The notes beneath the pieces are model-generated. The model was not told where the DNA came from and did no database searches. It saw only the letters and a list, made by a program, of their open reading frames with translations. From positions 1 to 23,844 of the forward strand of contig CAZUBM010000010.1 in assembly GCA_964618805.1 (NCBI GenBank): DNA of 23,844 nt, written 5' to 3'. The DNA is from an uncultured Nitrososphaerota archaeon. Lineage in GTDB: Archaea; Korarchaeota; Korarchaeia; Korarchaeales; Korarchaeaceae. The position numbers and the translations under genes are program-made. Positions 1 through 9,545 of the stretch are shown here, in pieces (position 1 is the stretch's first letter; each line of letters starts with the position of its first letter).

Positions 1-190
1 GCTCCTCGCGTTTCTAGATTATAGAAAGTAGATTAAAAAGTTTTGGCCTTTTAGGCTATGTTGCATTTACGAGTGATAGGGGATAAAAAGTTTAGAATTT
101 TCTTTTGTTGCGTCCTCGAGAGATAACACTTTTTCTTATTGGGCTATACTGCTTCTTCTCAGCACCGAGGTATTATAGTACAATGAATTC

Positions 191-299
191 GAACATAACG
201 TCCTAAATCCTGAACATGTTGTTCTAAAAGCATAGTATCAAAAGAGCAAAGGTTGTATTACTTCAAAGCATGTTGAAGTAAATCGATGCACTTTATAAG
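191..299 (+). promoter_or_regulatory. Promoter region of the 428-aa gene: two GAAC-N5-GT(T/C)C boxes, a 9-6-9 palindrome and a TATA box
   Basis: GAACATAACGTCCTAAA (191-207) and GAACATGTTGTTCTAAA (212-228) 21 bp apart; TTACTTCAA-AGCATG-TTGAAGTAA (258-281); TTTATAAG (292-299) about 28 bp before ATG 327. Confidence 0.55.
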
Positions 300-326
300 G
301 CCCATAAACAGGTTTCAGAAGTAAAT

Positions 327-1613
327 ATGAGCTTAAGAAAATTTGGATTCTGTATAACGGCGAAGCGAGTGAAAGTGTGGAGTACTCTTCCTGCGTTGGC
401 AGTTGCGCTTTTGCTTAGCCTTTCCTCTGTCGCGACTGTTCAGGCAGTACCTATGGATGAATGGGAAATCACCGTTGAGTCCAACATCTCGTTGAGCGCC
501 GATGTCAGGAAGGGAATTGAGGGCGCCGCAGAGTACATAATCAGAGAAGTGATTCCAGACTGGGAGGAGTTCGCTTCGATCCAGTGCATCTGCCAAGTCA
601 TAGAGCAGGAGGGAGACAGCTATAGGATTAACATGGTTATCAACGCAGAACGCACAGACGGAGTTGAGATCTGTGCAAAGGTCTTGTTCGAGTACGACGC
701 CAAGAGCGGAGAGTATGTGGTTAAGGGGGCGGGGACTGTACCGACAACGACCGACGATGAAGAGGTACCGCTACCCATAAATGCTACCTCAAAGGAACCG
801 ACAGGCGACAACGACGCCGAACCCTCAATCACCCCGCCGTCCAAGATAGGCATAGGCATAAGCCTCTGGAGCAGGTTTGAGCTGAGCAAGGAAACGGAGA
901 AGGACATCAAAGATACAGCAGAACGACTAGTTAAGGAGAGGATAAACGTTGAGGAACTTGGAGGAGTGGCTGCTATAGAATGCTTCGTCCTAAGAAGCGA
1001 AGGAGAGTGGTACACCATCTACGCAAGGATATTTGGGAAACCGCTGCCGGGGTCACCCGGGGCCTCAGAAGGTAAGGCGATGGCTTGGGAAGCAGCGTTC
1101 AATTACAATCCAGCGCAGGGGACCTATGAGGTCATAAGTTTTTCAGAGGTCGACAACTTTCTGGTGCCGGATGACGTGGAGCAGGAGGCGGTAAAGATAG
1201 GCGAAGGAGACACCGAGATCAAGGCGTTCGTCACTGAAAACGCTGAGAACAACCTAACCTTACGGGTTATGTGGATAAATAGACATGAGGGAATAGTGAG
1301 ACTTGAGTATACGGCCGCTCTTCTTCTGAACGAGACCCACGCCCTCTACAAGGGCTTGACCGCCTACATCGATGTGGGAGGTGAAGAGGTCCTCCACGTG
1401 GAAAAGCATGAAGGAGTGTGGTACGCGCCAGGCCTAAGGGGAGCACCCGAACCCGGAGAAATAGGAATAGGGGCTCCAACACCCACGCCTAGAGCAACTC
1501 CAACTACCACCAACACGGCTGCAAGCACCCCAGTTAAATACTACGGCTTAGGAGCAATACTGGTTGCTATAGCTGCTGTAACGCTACTCGCAGTCAGGAA
1601 GGCTTGGACATGA
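327..1613 (+). CDS. Secreted, C-terminally membrane-anchored surface protein of unknown function with an internal domain duplication
   Basis: Signal peptide (LPALAVALLLSLSSVATVQA), two similar ~95-aa units, PT-rich linker, C-terminal hydrophobic helix followed by RK. Confidence 0.85.
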   Translation: MSLRKFGFCITAKRVKVWSTLPALAVALLLSLSSVATVQAVPMDEWEITVESNISLSADVRKGIEGAAEYIIREVIPDWEEFASIQCICQVIEQEGDSYRINMVINAERTDGVEICAKVLFEYDAKSGEYVVKGAGTVPTTTDDEEVPLPINATSKEPTGDNDAEPSITPPSKIGIGISLWSRFELSKETEKDIKDTAERLVKERINVEELGGVAAIECFVLRSEGEWYTIYARIFGKPLPGSPGASEGKAMAWEAAFNYNPAQGTYEVISFSEVDNFLVPDDVEQEAVKIGEGDTEIKAFVTENAENNLTLRVMWINRHEGIVRLEYTAALLLNETHALYKGLTAYIDVGGEEVLHVEKHEGVWYAPGLRGAPEPGEIGIGAPTPTPRATPTTTNTAASTPVKYYGLGAILVAIAAVTLLAVRKAWT

Positions 1614-1780
1614 ATCTCCTAGCGTGCGCATAACCTGTAAAAACATTTTTTCCTACAATTCTAACGAAGAATAAGGTGGAGTCAGCTATTTGGAAAGCGC
1701 CAATAGACCCATGCTCTTCCTTAAAGATGAGACGTCCCTCAAATCTCTGTAATAAGAGAGAGGAGATATCGTAGCATGTA

Positions 1781-4700
1781 TTAATTACGTCTCTCCAATT
1801 TTTCCTTAAGTTCCTTGTAAGTTTTTTCGCTTATTTCTCCTTTTCTATATCTTTCCTCCAACCTCTTCAGCTTTTCTGCAACATCAGCAGCCTTCTTAGG
1901 CTTCCGCCCCTTCAAGGCAATCGTGATCCCTGCTGCAGCAGCAACAGCTAGAGCAATGGCTATGTACTGAGGCTTAATCAACGTCCAGAAAGACCTTAAG
2001 GCCGAAGGCTTGGCATGGATCCAAGAGGTAATGTGCGGGTCCAGTGGATTTGGATCCTCCCCATCCGGCACCCCATCCCCATCTGTGTCCTGAGATTTTG
2101 AATTTGTGTGGAAGAATCCTTCTTCAATATCGTCTGGCACCCCATCCCCATCTGTGTCCGTCTGGTTTTCATGAGGCATTGGAGCTACCCTAACTAATAC
2201 AAAGTCTGGATAAGAATCTCTCTCCCCATCTGAAACTATCAGTTCTACAGGCCATGCCCCAACTGGGAAGGTGAGATTTGGAGTTGGCTCCGTAGAGACT
2301 CCTCCTCCCTCTAAGAAGTTCCCAACCCATCTATAGGTAAGAGATCTACCCAAAGGGGAGTAAGAACCTGTTCCATTTAAGATTACAGTTGCAGTACCGT
2401 TTGGTCCAGCCACCGCAAAGACATCCGGGCCTGCATCTGCCACTGGACCTTCAGAGCTTGGGGAGAGGTCAATGGTTTCGTCCCAGTGACCGTCGCCATC
2501 TTTGTCTATCATGATTCTCACCGTCTTAAGGTCGTCCCAGTTCGGAACTATCCTATGAATCTCTCCTGGGCCTATCGATAGGCCGTCTCTAGAGAATTCG
2601 AGAAGCCTATCGGGAAGTGTACAAACTAACTTTAGATCATAGCTGGCTTCCCTTAAACCATCGTTAGAAAGCTGCAGAAACTCCCCATTTGGATCTGTCT
2701 TTATGCCAAGCAAGTTGTCCTTCGGAAATCTAATTATCCTTAGAAAATATCTTCTGCCATAAAGATTCTCCCGGCTCATCTTCTCAAATTCCAAGAAGAA
2801 TGACTTTTCTCTGGACTTCGGTGAGAAGGAGATTGATAGGTTGCTGGGATCTAGCCCTATCATGTCGACAGATCCCGGTTCCGTTTCAACATTGCTGAAA
2901 GCAAGAAGGCCATCAGTACAAATCTCAGTTATCAGATTGTAAGTGCCTGAGGAATCTCCCACAATCTTGTGCAAATAAGTGTTATTTTCAGCTAGGAAGT
3001 ATAGTTCTGGAACTGGTTCTTCGTCCTTCACTCCTATCAATGGAATTCTTGCAGCGAGGGGTATCCCTGTGCTTGGATCCCAGTTCATCCATCCATCTTC
3101 GGTGTAGAAGAACCTCCCTTGAGAATCTTCTATTTGCTCGGTGTGCGCCGAACCAAACACGAGCTCTGCCAGAAGATCTAAGCCTATTTCCAGAAGATCA
3201 CCACGCGAAATACCATCTGGATTACCGGTGAGCAAATCCATGGGAATTGATCCTATTGGATGCCAAAACTCGCCGAGGGAGCCGCCCCAAACCTCTCCTC
3301 CACCTAGATCATACTTCCAACTGTAACCAAAGAGATGGGGTGTAAGATTAATTGTGCTTTTATGATCGGATCTCTCCATAAAGCGGAATGGTTTGTTTGG
3401 ATCGTAAACTTTGATGGCAATCTTTCCATCTGACAATTCCTCCAGATCATAGGCGACCATAGCATGTCCCTCTCTCCACGATTTGCAGATCAATACGATT
3501 ATTGGACTCTCCAGCTCCCCGTTTTTGTACGCCCTTACCCTTTCTATTAGCTCTTGGCATTGCCTTTGGCTGGGATCAATAGCCTCTCCGACGCCAATAA
3601 TATAGGTGTCGAGAAATCCTCCTCCCAGGGATTGCATCGAGTACTGCCATAAGTGGTTCCTACGAATGGCGTCCAACAGATCCGATCCGTGCATGGTATC
3701 ATAGTCAGGCCATCCGGCTTGGCGAGTTAACCAGTCCCAGTTCTCCCATGACAGGCCTTCTCTCACCTGTATGACGCCCTCGTGTATATCCCATCTGGTT
3801 TTACACATGCCAAAGCAGACACCATTCCTAGTAACTCCCGATAGCGCTAGCCAAGCGGTAAAAGCTATTGCCTGCGGGGCGCACTCAGGACATTCCGCCA
3901 ACGTTCCCAAAAAGCAGCAATCACTCTCGTCGAAGAAGTAGCACCACTCGTCCCAGGAGATTGGGCGCCATCCTTTGTTTACCATGGGCAAGCCAAAATC
4001 GTACCTGAACCTATATCTATGAACTGGAATCCAAACCTTTCGCACTAGTTCCACGTCCTCTCCAGGCCTTGCTCCCATTTTGATCGGAAGGCGTATAGTA
4101 AGCGTTCCGATAAGCGTAGAGACTCCTTCAGGGAAAGAGTAGGAGGAATCGTCTGGCATTTCAAGGTATAGCCACAGCGTGTCACCTACTGCAGCGTGAA
4201 TGCGCCTTTTCCTCAGTACTCTTAAATCCCTTGCATCTCCACTAACATCAAATCGAGACTGAATTCTATCTAGATCTTCTATCTCCTCCCTCGTTACCTT
4301 GAAGTTAAGCATGATATGTGACCAGTTTCTATTTGCGCCATATGATATTGGATAGCAGTAGACTCCTACATTTCTCATACCAGTTTCAGAGCCAATTGAA
4401 TCTTTAACATGAATATTAACATATTGGAAGCTACCAGTCGTAGCAGCCCTAATTGCTTCTTCCAAACTCGAGTTTTCATCAATAGATTCGATTATAATAC
4501 GAGAACCATCGAGGCGCCACCTGAGCGGTGGAACAAGGTCAAGGCTAACTGTGTAGGGAGGAACTCCGCCTATTATCTCGATATAACCGTGTTGAGGGGA
4601 ACAATAGAGAGGGTAATAGCCCCTCACATGCCTAGTCCAGTTATCCCAGCTCAAGCTCTTGGAAAAGAACGCCAAGTTGCCGAACAAGAGGCTTAGCTCT

Positions 4701-6922
4701 ACCTTTGGGAGGACCGTTATGCCAATCGTTTCCGTATCCCACATGCCTTTAGAATCCTCAACTGCAACCACCACTTCCCTGCTGAGTTCGGGTGTGGTAG
4801 GAGTTCCGGATATTATCCCTTCCCTTGAGAGCGCCAAGCCTTCTGGAAGTGACGTTTTGTTCGCCCAAGTATAAGGAGGAACTCCTCCATAAACGTGTAA
4901 GCCAGCTTCGAAGTGCTCTTCAGCCTTGGCTGTTATCTCAGTGGGAATTATCTCAGGTTTAGAGGGACTAAACCAGACTGGCCTGGGCGAATCTATGAAG
5001 GTCAGCCCAGGAGCTGGATGGCTTTCCATGCTGAAGGTGGTGACTTTCCCTAGGCTCCATCCGCGACCATAGAGGTCTACCACTTCGAGCTCAAAATCGT
5101 AAACATCAGGGCCTTGGCATGCGCTCTCAAAAACTATGAGAGGTCTATCTGGAGCCCAAGAAGGATTCATGTATGAGTAGTCTGAGCTTTCCTTCAGAAT
5201 CCTGATCTCTGATCCGTCTGGCCTCACAACTGCAAGCTTGTACCTATATCCAAGCTCCGCTCCTACGTAGACGGGTTTTGAAAAGGCGATCCACGTCCCA
5301 TCTGAGGACCATGAAGGATGAATCCCCTCAACTGGGGTTCCTTCTCTTGCTTCTATTATTGGAGAGATTGTGGAGCTATCTAAGTCGATAATCCAAAGGT
5401 AGAACTTTCCATCCCCCATCCTGTTGGAGGAAAAGACTACCTTCGATCCGTCTGGAGAAGGACATGGGTCTATGTCAACAAATTCGCCATCCGTGATCCT
5501 CGTCCCTCTGCCGCTTTCTAATCCTTGAACGAATAAATTAAAGGTATCTCCTGTACCGGACGAGTACACAACATACGGTTCCTCGAAAGGACCGCCACTT
5601 AAAGACACAGCGGGGCATATGTCAGGACGGTTGTTATTGGTGAGCCTTACCTCCCCTTCAGGACCTCGTAAATATATCTCAGTGCTTTCAATGCTCCCTT
5701 CCCACTTTACAAAGGCCAAGTAAGTCCCATCTGGGGTGTAATATGGCATGATCGCACCGATCTTCCTATCATCCTCCAAGCTAGCTGGAACAATACGAAC
5801 AATGGCCTCTCCATCCTCACTAGAAAGGTAAAGAGCGTTGGGCTCCGACAATGGACCTTCAGGGCGAGCTGTCTTGTTATAGGAGGAGAAGACGATGGCC
5901 CCGTTGCCGGGTTCAACTGCAGATGGACTTGGAGGAATTGGAGATGCTTCAGGTTTGGCTGTCAAGATCTTCTCCAAGCAATTGTTTTCCTCATCCGTTT
6001 CCTCAACATCTAACTTGGAATCAGTACAAACTTTCACCTCGTGTTGAGGTGGACTGGGTTCCAACGTGTATTCAAAACATCCATTGATCACTTGCCCTGG
6101 AGGCATCTCCCCAGTGAGGCTGATCTGATTCTCAGCTACCTTTATCCCGTCAACGTATAGGGCATTATAAAAGGCAGTTGCAGGTAAGCTAGCCTCTCCT
6201 GAGTTCCTAATTCTAAAGCAGATCTTATCCCCTTCCTGCCATAGATCTTCTACTACTAAGTCAGGGAGCTTCCTTTCTATAACTATCTGAGCTTCAGCCC
6301 ATGCTGCCCAGTCCTGACCTGAACTCTGTCCAGCATTGACATACAGGACGAAGTTTCCTTTTTTACCAGCTAAATAACCAAGATCTACTGTTATTGAATC
6401 AAGCTTACCATCATAGGTTGCTTTATGGCTGAAGATGGTATATTTGACAGGAGGGGCTAGCGCCCCTCTAAATTCTTCAAAGTAGACCTCAAAAGTGGCC
6501 CCATCAGTTCCAGTTGCGCCTAAAAGAAATCCTATATTGACCCTAAGATGAGCGTTTTGAGGCACCGTTATCTCGGGGTATCTGCCCAAGATCCAACCGT
6601 TGTTAACCCACTCAGGGTGTGTTTCTAAGACCCTTCCCCAGATGCTTCCATCTTCAAGTCTTGCGTTATATCGATAGAGAACGAAGCCCCTTTCATCCGT
6701 ATCACTCCCTGGAAAGGGCAGGTTTCCGGTTCCACTGCTCCATGACGCCTCAGATGCCTGATCTATGAAGTCATAGTATATCGGATCTCCAGAAGCTAAG
6801 ACAAAGCCTTGAACTAATGGCTGAAAAAACAAAAATAGAAGGAATAAGAGTAACGCAGCCTGAACTTTTTTCCTATTCGCCTTTACGCGGCCCTTAGATA
6901 AAGAAGGAGTATTTTTTGCCAA
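1781..6922 (-). CDS. Large multidomain surface protein: signal peptide, beta-sandwich, CARDB, TolB/PD40 beta-propeller, Ig-like, papain-like Cys protease-type domain, PKD-like, DTDGDG Ca-binding repeats, TM helix, SHOCT
   Basis: LPDLVV...VEETDEENN (CARDB); PSPDGSKVVFSSNR and PSWSSDGTWIAF (PD40); GGVPPYTW...LPEGLALSREGIISGTPT (Ig); GVCFGM/GHAMVAY/VYDPN; PVADAGPD; DTDGDGVPD x2; EKLKRLEERYRKGEISEKTYKELKEKL; TTG start with GAGGAG RBS. Confidence 0.9.
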   Translation of the reverse strand: MAKNTPSLSKGRVKANRKKVQAALLLFLLFLFFQPLVQGFVLASGDPIYYDFIDQASEASWSSGTGNLPFPGSDTDERGFVLYRYNARLEDGSIWGRVLETHPEWVNNGWILGRYPEITVPQNAHLRVNIGFLLGATGTDGATFEVYFEEFRGALAPPVKYTIFSHKATYDGKLDSITVDLGYLAGKKGNFVLYVNAGQSSGQDWAAWAEAQIVIERKLPDLVVEDLWQEGDKICFRIRNSGEASLPATAFYNALYVDGIKVAENQISLTGEMPPGQVINGCFEYTLEPSPPQHEVKVCTDSKLDVEETDEENNCLEKILTAKPEASPIPPSPSAVEPGNGAIVFSSYNKTARPEGPLSEPNALYLSSEDGEAIVRIVPASLEDDRKIGAIMPYYTPDGTYLAFVKWEGSIESTEIYLRGPEGEVRLTNNNRPDICPAVSLSGGPFEEPYVVYSSGTGDTFNLFVQGLESGRGTRITDGEFVDIDPCPSPDGSKVVFSSNRMGDGKFYLWIIDLDSSTISPIIEAREGTPVEGIHPSWSSDGTWIAFSKPVYVGAELGYRYKLAVVRPDGSEIRILKESSDYSYMNPSWAPDRPLIVFESACQGPDVYDFELEVVDLYGRGWSLGKVTTFSMESHPAPGLTFIDSPRPVWFSPSKPEIIPTEITAKAEEHFEAGLHVYGGVPPYTWANKTSLPEGLALSREGIISGTPTTPELSREVVVAVEDSKGMWDTETIGITVLPKVELSLLFGNLAFFSKSLSWDNWTRHVRGYYPLYCSPQHGYIEIIGGVPPYTVSLDLVPPLRWRLDGSRIIIESIDENSSLEEAIRAATTGSFQYVNIHVKDSIGSETGMRNVGVYCYPISYGANRNWSHIMLNFKVTREEIEDLDRIQSRFDVSGDARDLRVLRKRRIHAAVGDTLWLYLEMPDDSSYSFPEGVSTLIGTLTIRLPIKMGARPGEDVELVRKVWIPVHRYRFRYDFGLPMVNKGWRPISWDEWCYFFDESDCCFLGTLAECPECAPQAIAFTAWLALSGVTRNGVCFGMCKTRWDIHEGVIQVREGLSWENWDWLTRQAGWPDYDTMHGSDLLDAIRRNHLWQYSMQSLGGGFLDTYIIGVGEAIDPSQRQCQELIERVRAYKNGELESPIIVLICKSWREGHAMVAYDLEELSDGKIAIKVYDPNKPFRFMERSDHKSTINLTPHLFGYSWKYDLGGGEVWGGSLGEFWHPIGSIPMDLLTGNPDGISRGDLLEIGLDLLAELVFGSAHTEQIEDSQGRFFYTEDGWMNWDPSTGIPLAARIPLIGVKDEEPVPELYFLAENNTYLHKIVGDSSGTYNLITEICTDGLLAFSNVETEPGSVDMIGLDPSNLSISFSPKSREKSFFLEFEKMSRENLYGRRYFLRIIRFPKDNLLGIKTDPNGEFLQLSNDGLREASYDLKLVCTLPDRLLEFSRDGLSIGPGEIHRIVPNWDDLKTVRIMIDKDGDGHWDETIDLSPSSEGPVADAGPDVFAVAGPNGTATVILNGTGSYSPLGRSLTYRWVGNFLEGGGVSTEPTPNLTFPVGAWPVELIVSDGERDSYPDFVLVRVAPMPHENQTDTDGDGVPDDIEEGFFHTNSKSQDTDGDGVPDGEDPNPLDPHITSWIHAKPSALRSFWTLIKPQYIAIALAVAAAAGITIALKGRKPKKAADVAEKLKRLEERYRKGEISEKTYKELKEKLERRN
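2067..2159. repeat. Identical 24-nt direct repeat encoding DTDGDGVP twice
   Basis: GGCACCCCATCCCCATCTGTGTCC at 2067-2090 and 2136-2159. Confidence 0.9.
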
Positions 6923-6967
6923 AAAAATCTCCTCAGACTAAGGGATTATTGTGAAGCTGCTCGCGGA

Positions 6968-6985
6968 CTTATAAATTTTTGCAAA
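6968..6985 (-). promoter_or_regulatory. BRE/TATA promoter of the 1713-aa gene
   Basis: Minus strand reads GCAAAAA-TTTATAAG about 46 bp upstream of the TTG start. Confidence 0.6.
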
Positions 6986-7168
6986 AGAGAAAAGAGGTCC
7001 TGTCCACCCAATTGAATTATTTCTCCAACACAATATAAGTGATATAAATCCACCTTTACAGGGCTTTCATTCGAAAATAATGATCCAAAAAACTCGATCT
7101 ACTAAGAATCATTGAGAGTAGTAAAAAACGCAAAATACTGCTCTAAATCATGAAAAAAGGAAGGAGAG

Positions 7169-7277
7169 TGCCGGGGGCGGGACTCGAACCCGCGACCTCC
7201 GGAATCCACCCATTTCGAGCCCGCAGATGCCGAAGGATTATGAGTCCGGCGCTCTAACCAGCCTGAGCTACCCCGGC
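7169..7277 (-). tRNA. tRNA-Met(CAT), elongator type, with a 34-nt intron; CCA not encoded
   Basis: Minus strand GCCGGGG TA GCTC AGGCTGGTTA GAGC G CCGGA CTCATAA [34 nt] TCCGG AGGTC GCGGG TTCGAGT CCCGC CCCCGGC A; all stems pair; pyrimidine/T tract downstream; G1-C72 argues against initiator. Confidence 0.95.
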
Positions 7278-7304
7278 TGCGATAATATTATTCTGATACC
7301 TAAA

Positions 7305-7319
7305 CTTATATTTTTTGCG
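7305..7319 (-). promoter_or_regulatory. BRE/TATA promoter of tRNA-Met
   Basis: Minus strand CGCAAAAAATATAAG about 28 bp upstream of the mature 5' end. Confidence 0.65.
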
Positions 7320-7689
7320 TTTCAGCTACAAATTTTCGAGTAGACCGACTTCTTTCCCATCTTATTTAATGCAAATCGAACGGATTGTCAGGCATCCTTA
7401 ACTTTACAACTTTTTATCATTAGAATAGAAAGTCTGAGGTTTAGACTTTAAGGTACTATCGCCCATTCTTTCAGGCTTTTATCAAATACAAGTCGAAAGA
7501 ACGGGAGGCAAACAATCTCACAAACAGCAATACCAGCGTTCAATGTCAAAAACAATTAATGTAAGAAAACCAATCTTTCCATAATGTCAAAGATTTTTCC
7601 AATGATTCACGAGTTCGCCCCTTATATGTCTCTACATTTTTTAGGAATTCTGGAGTTATTGTATTAAATTAATTCGATGGGTTTCTGTA

Positions 7690-9525
7690 ATGAAGAGGAT
7701 CTGGTTTAAGAAGATCCTTTCACTCTTGCTCTTACTTCTAATTCTGGTTCCTCAAATTGGAGTTTCTGCAGGACCTTCCGTTAGCTCGAGCATCTCCTCT
7801 TCCAGAAAAGTCATAAATCCAGGGCAATCAGTCAGCTTGTCTGCAAGCGCAAGGGCAAGGGACTGCAAGATAGGCTTTTTCGGAGTATATGGAGATGGAG
7901 AAGGCTGGCTGGTCTATAGAAACAACGTAGGGGGAATGAGCACTTCTTGGAGCGGGCTATGGCATCCTCCAAGGAGGCCTGGTACCTACACCGCTTATGT
8001 TAGTGTAACTGGAGTTGATGATAAGGGAAGGGTGGTCTGCTCAGACAAATCCCTTGTTAGTGTCAGGGTTAATGCCCCTCCTTCCGTTTCTCTGATTGCT
8101 GAGCCGGAAGTCGTTTACGAAGGGGATTATGTTTCAATTCAAGTTCACTCTGAGGACTCCGACGGTTCAATAACCGAGCTAACGGTGAAAATTGGAGATG
8201 AAACCCTCTATCAGGGACCTGAACCTAATTGGTCTGGGAGCTGGTGTACTAGCTCTCCAGGAAATTACACCATCGTCGCAATGGCCAGAGATAACAACGG
8301 TGCATGTTCTAGCACATCGAAGCTTGTTCAGGTGAAGAAAAAGGAAGAACAGACGCCCTCACCTATTCCATCCTCTACACCTTCTCCAACTCCTTCCCCT
8401 CCATCCTCATCGTCCACTACTTCAGAACCTTCCTCGGGGGAAGAGAAGAACCAACCTCCTCTTCTTTACATGGAAGTAAGACCCAGGGAAGTTTACTTGG
8501 GGGAAGAGGTAGAGATCTCTGTTCTTGCAAACGATTCAGATGGCTTTGTAGTTCGCCTGATCGTCCAAGCAGGTGAAGAGGTGCTTTACGATGGTCCAGC
8601 CTCGAAATGGAATGGAAGCTGGTTTCCAAGCTCCCCAGGAGCCTATAAAATAGTTTCAAGGGCCTTAGACGACTCTGGAAACTGGACGAATAAGTTCTTT
8701 TTGGTTAGGGTGAAGAGCGAGGGCTTAGGGGAGAACTCAGATCCCTCGATAGAGATATGGCTGAACTCAACTCAAGTAGTGGTTGGACAATCTATAGAGA
8801 TCATAGTTAGGGTTTTAGACCCAGATCCTGGCCAAAATCTGTTTATCAACGTTACTGGGGCTGTAGAAGAGTTTTTCATCGCTGAATCTGGCCAGCTGGT
8901 CGAGAGATCCTACGTAGTTATGCCGGGCCCCGGAAATCACTCCATTCTTGTGAGGGTCGATGACGGGAGCGGGGGGATTTCAGAGGCAAGAGCAAGCTTT
9001 TCGGTCCTTCAGAGGAACCACGATCCCTTCGTAGAGATAACTGTGAACCTGAGCAAGGGGAAGGCCGTTATAGGCGATGTCATACTCGTAGAGGTAAGGA
9101 GTTGGGATCCGGATCCAGACCAAATTGTTTTTGTCGAAATTTTAGGGGAGATCTCAGCCAGCTTTTGCTTTAACTCAAGCGAGGGAAATGTTACGAGAAG
9201 GTACTTGATAGTTGCGGTTGAGGAGGGGAACAAGTCGATAAAGGCAGTTGCAAGGGATAAGAGAAACGGAACCTCTTCGGCCCAAGTCCAGTTCGCCGTC
9301 TACAAGAAAGCCTGGTGGAAGCGCTTCCTTGAGTGGATAGATCCCTGGCCCGAAACTAAGCTTGAGGAGGTGATAATGAAGGTCAGGGAGTGCATCTCCC
9401 TCGGATACTCCGCTAAAGAGATGAAAAAGACCTTGACTGAGTTTCTGGACGGAGATTTCGAGTTCGAAGATATTGTCCTTGATATAGACGGGCTTAGGAA
9501 GGAAATGGTTGGAAAGTTGTTGTAG
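7690..9525 (+). CDS. Secreted protein with about five tandem Ig-like (PKD/Big-type) domains and an S/P-rich linker
   Basis: Signal peptide; repeated NxxP...(S)xDxD...(P)GxYxIxxxAxDxxG units; PSPIPSSTPSPTPSPPSSSS linker; no classical C-terminal TM helix. Confidence 0.85.
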   Translation: MKRIWFKKILSLLLLLLILVPQIGVSAGPSVSSSISSSRKVINPGQSVSLSASARARDCKIGFFGVYGDGEGWLVYRNNVGGMSTSWSGLWHPPRRPGTYTAYVSVTGVDDKGRVVCSDKSLVSVRVNAPPSVSLIAEPEVVYEGDYVSIQVHSEDSDGSITELTVKIGDETLYQGPEPNWSGSWCTSSPGNYTIVAMARDNNGACSSTSKLVQVKKKEEQTPSPIPSSTPSPTPSPPSSSSTTSEPSSGEEKNQPPLLYMEVRPREVYLGEEVEISVLANDSDGFVVRLIVQAGEEVLYDGPASKWNGSWFPSSPGAYKIVSRALDDSGNWTNKFFLVRVKSEGLGENSDPSIEIWLNSTQVVVGQSIEIIVRVLDPDPGQNLFINVTGAVEEFFIAESGQLVERSYVVMPGPGNHSILVRVDDGSGGISEARASFSVLQRNHDPFVEITVNLSKGKAVIGDVILVEVRSWDPDPDQIVFVEILGEISASFCFNSSEGNVTRRYLIVAVEEGNKSIKAVARDKRNGTSSAQVQFAVYKKAWWKRFLEWIDPWPETKLEEVIMKVRECISLGYSAKEMKKTLTEFLDGDFEFEDIVLDIDGLRKEMVGKLL

Positions 9526-9545
9526 AGCCAAAAATACGACTTCCT

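Noticed and set aside
7169-7200. tRNA 3' end as the att site of an integrated element
   Set aside because: No duplicate of the tRNA 3' end and no integrase seen in the window; a partner site outside the window cannot be excluded
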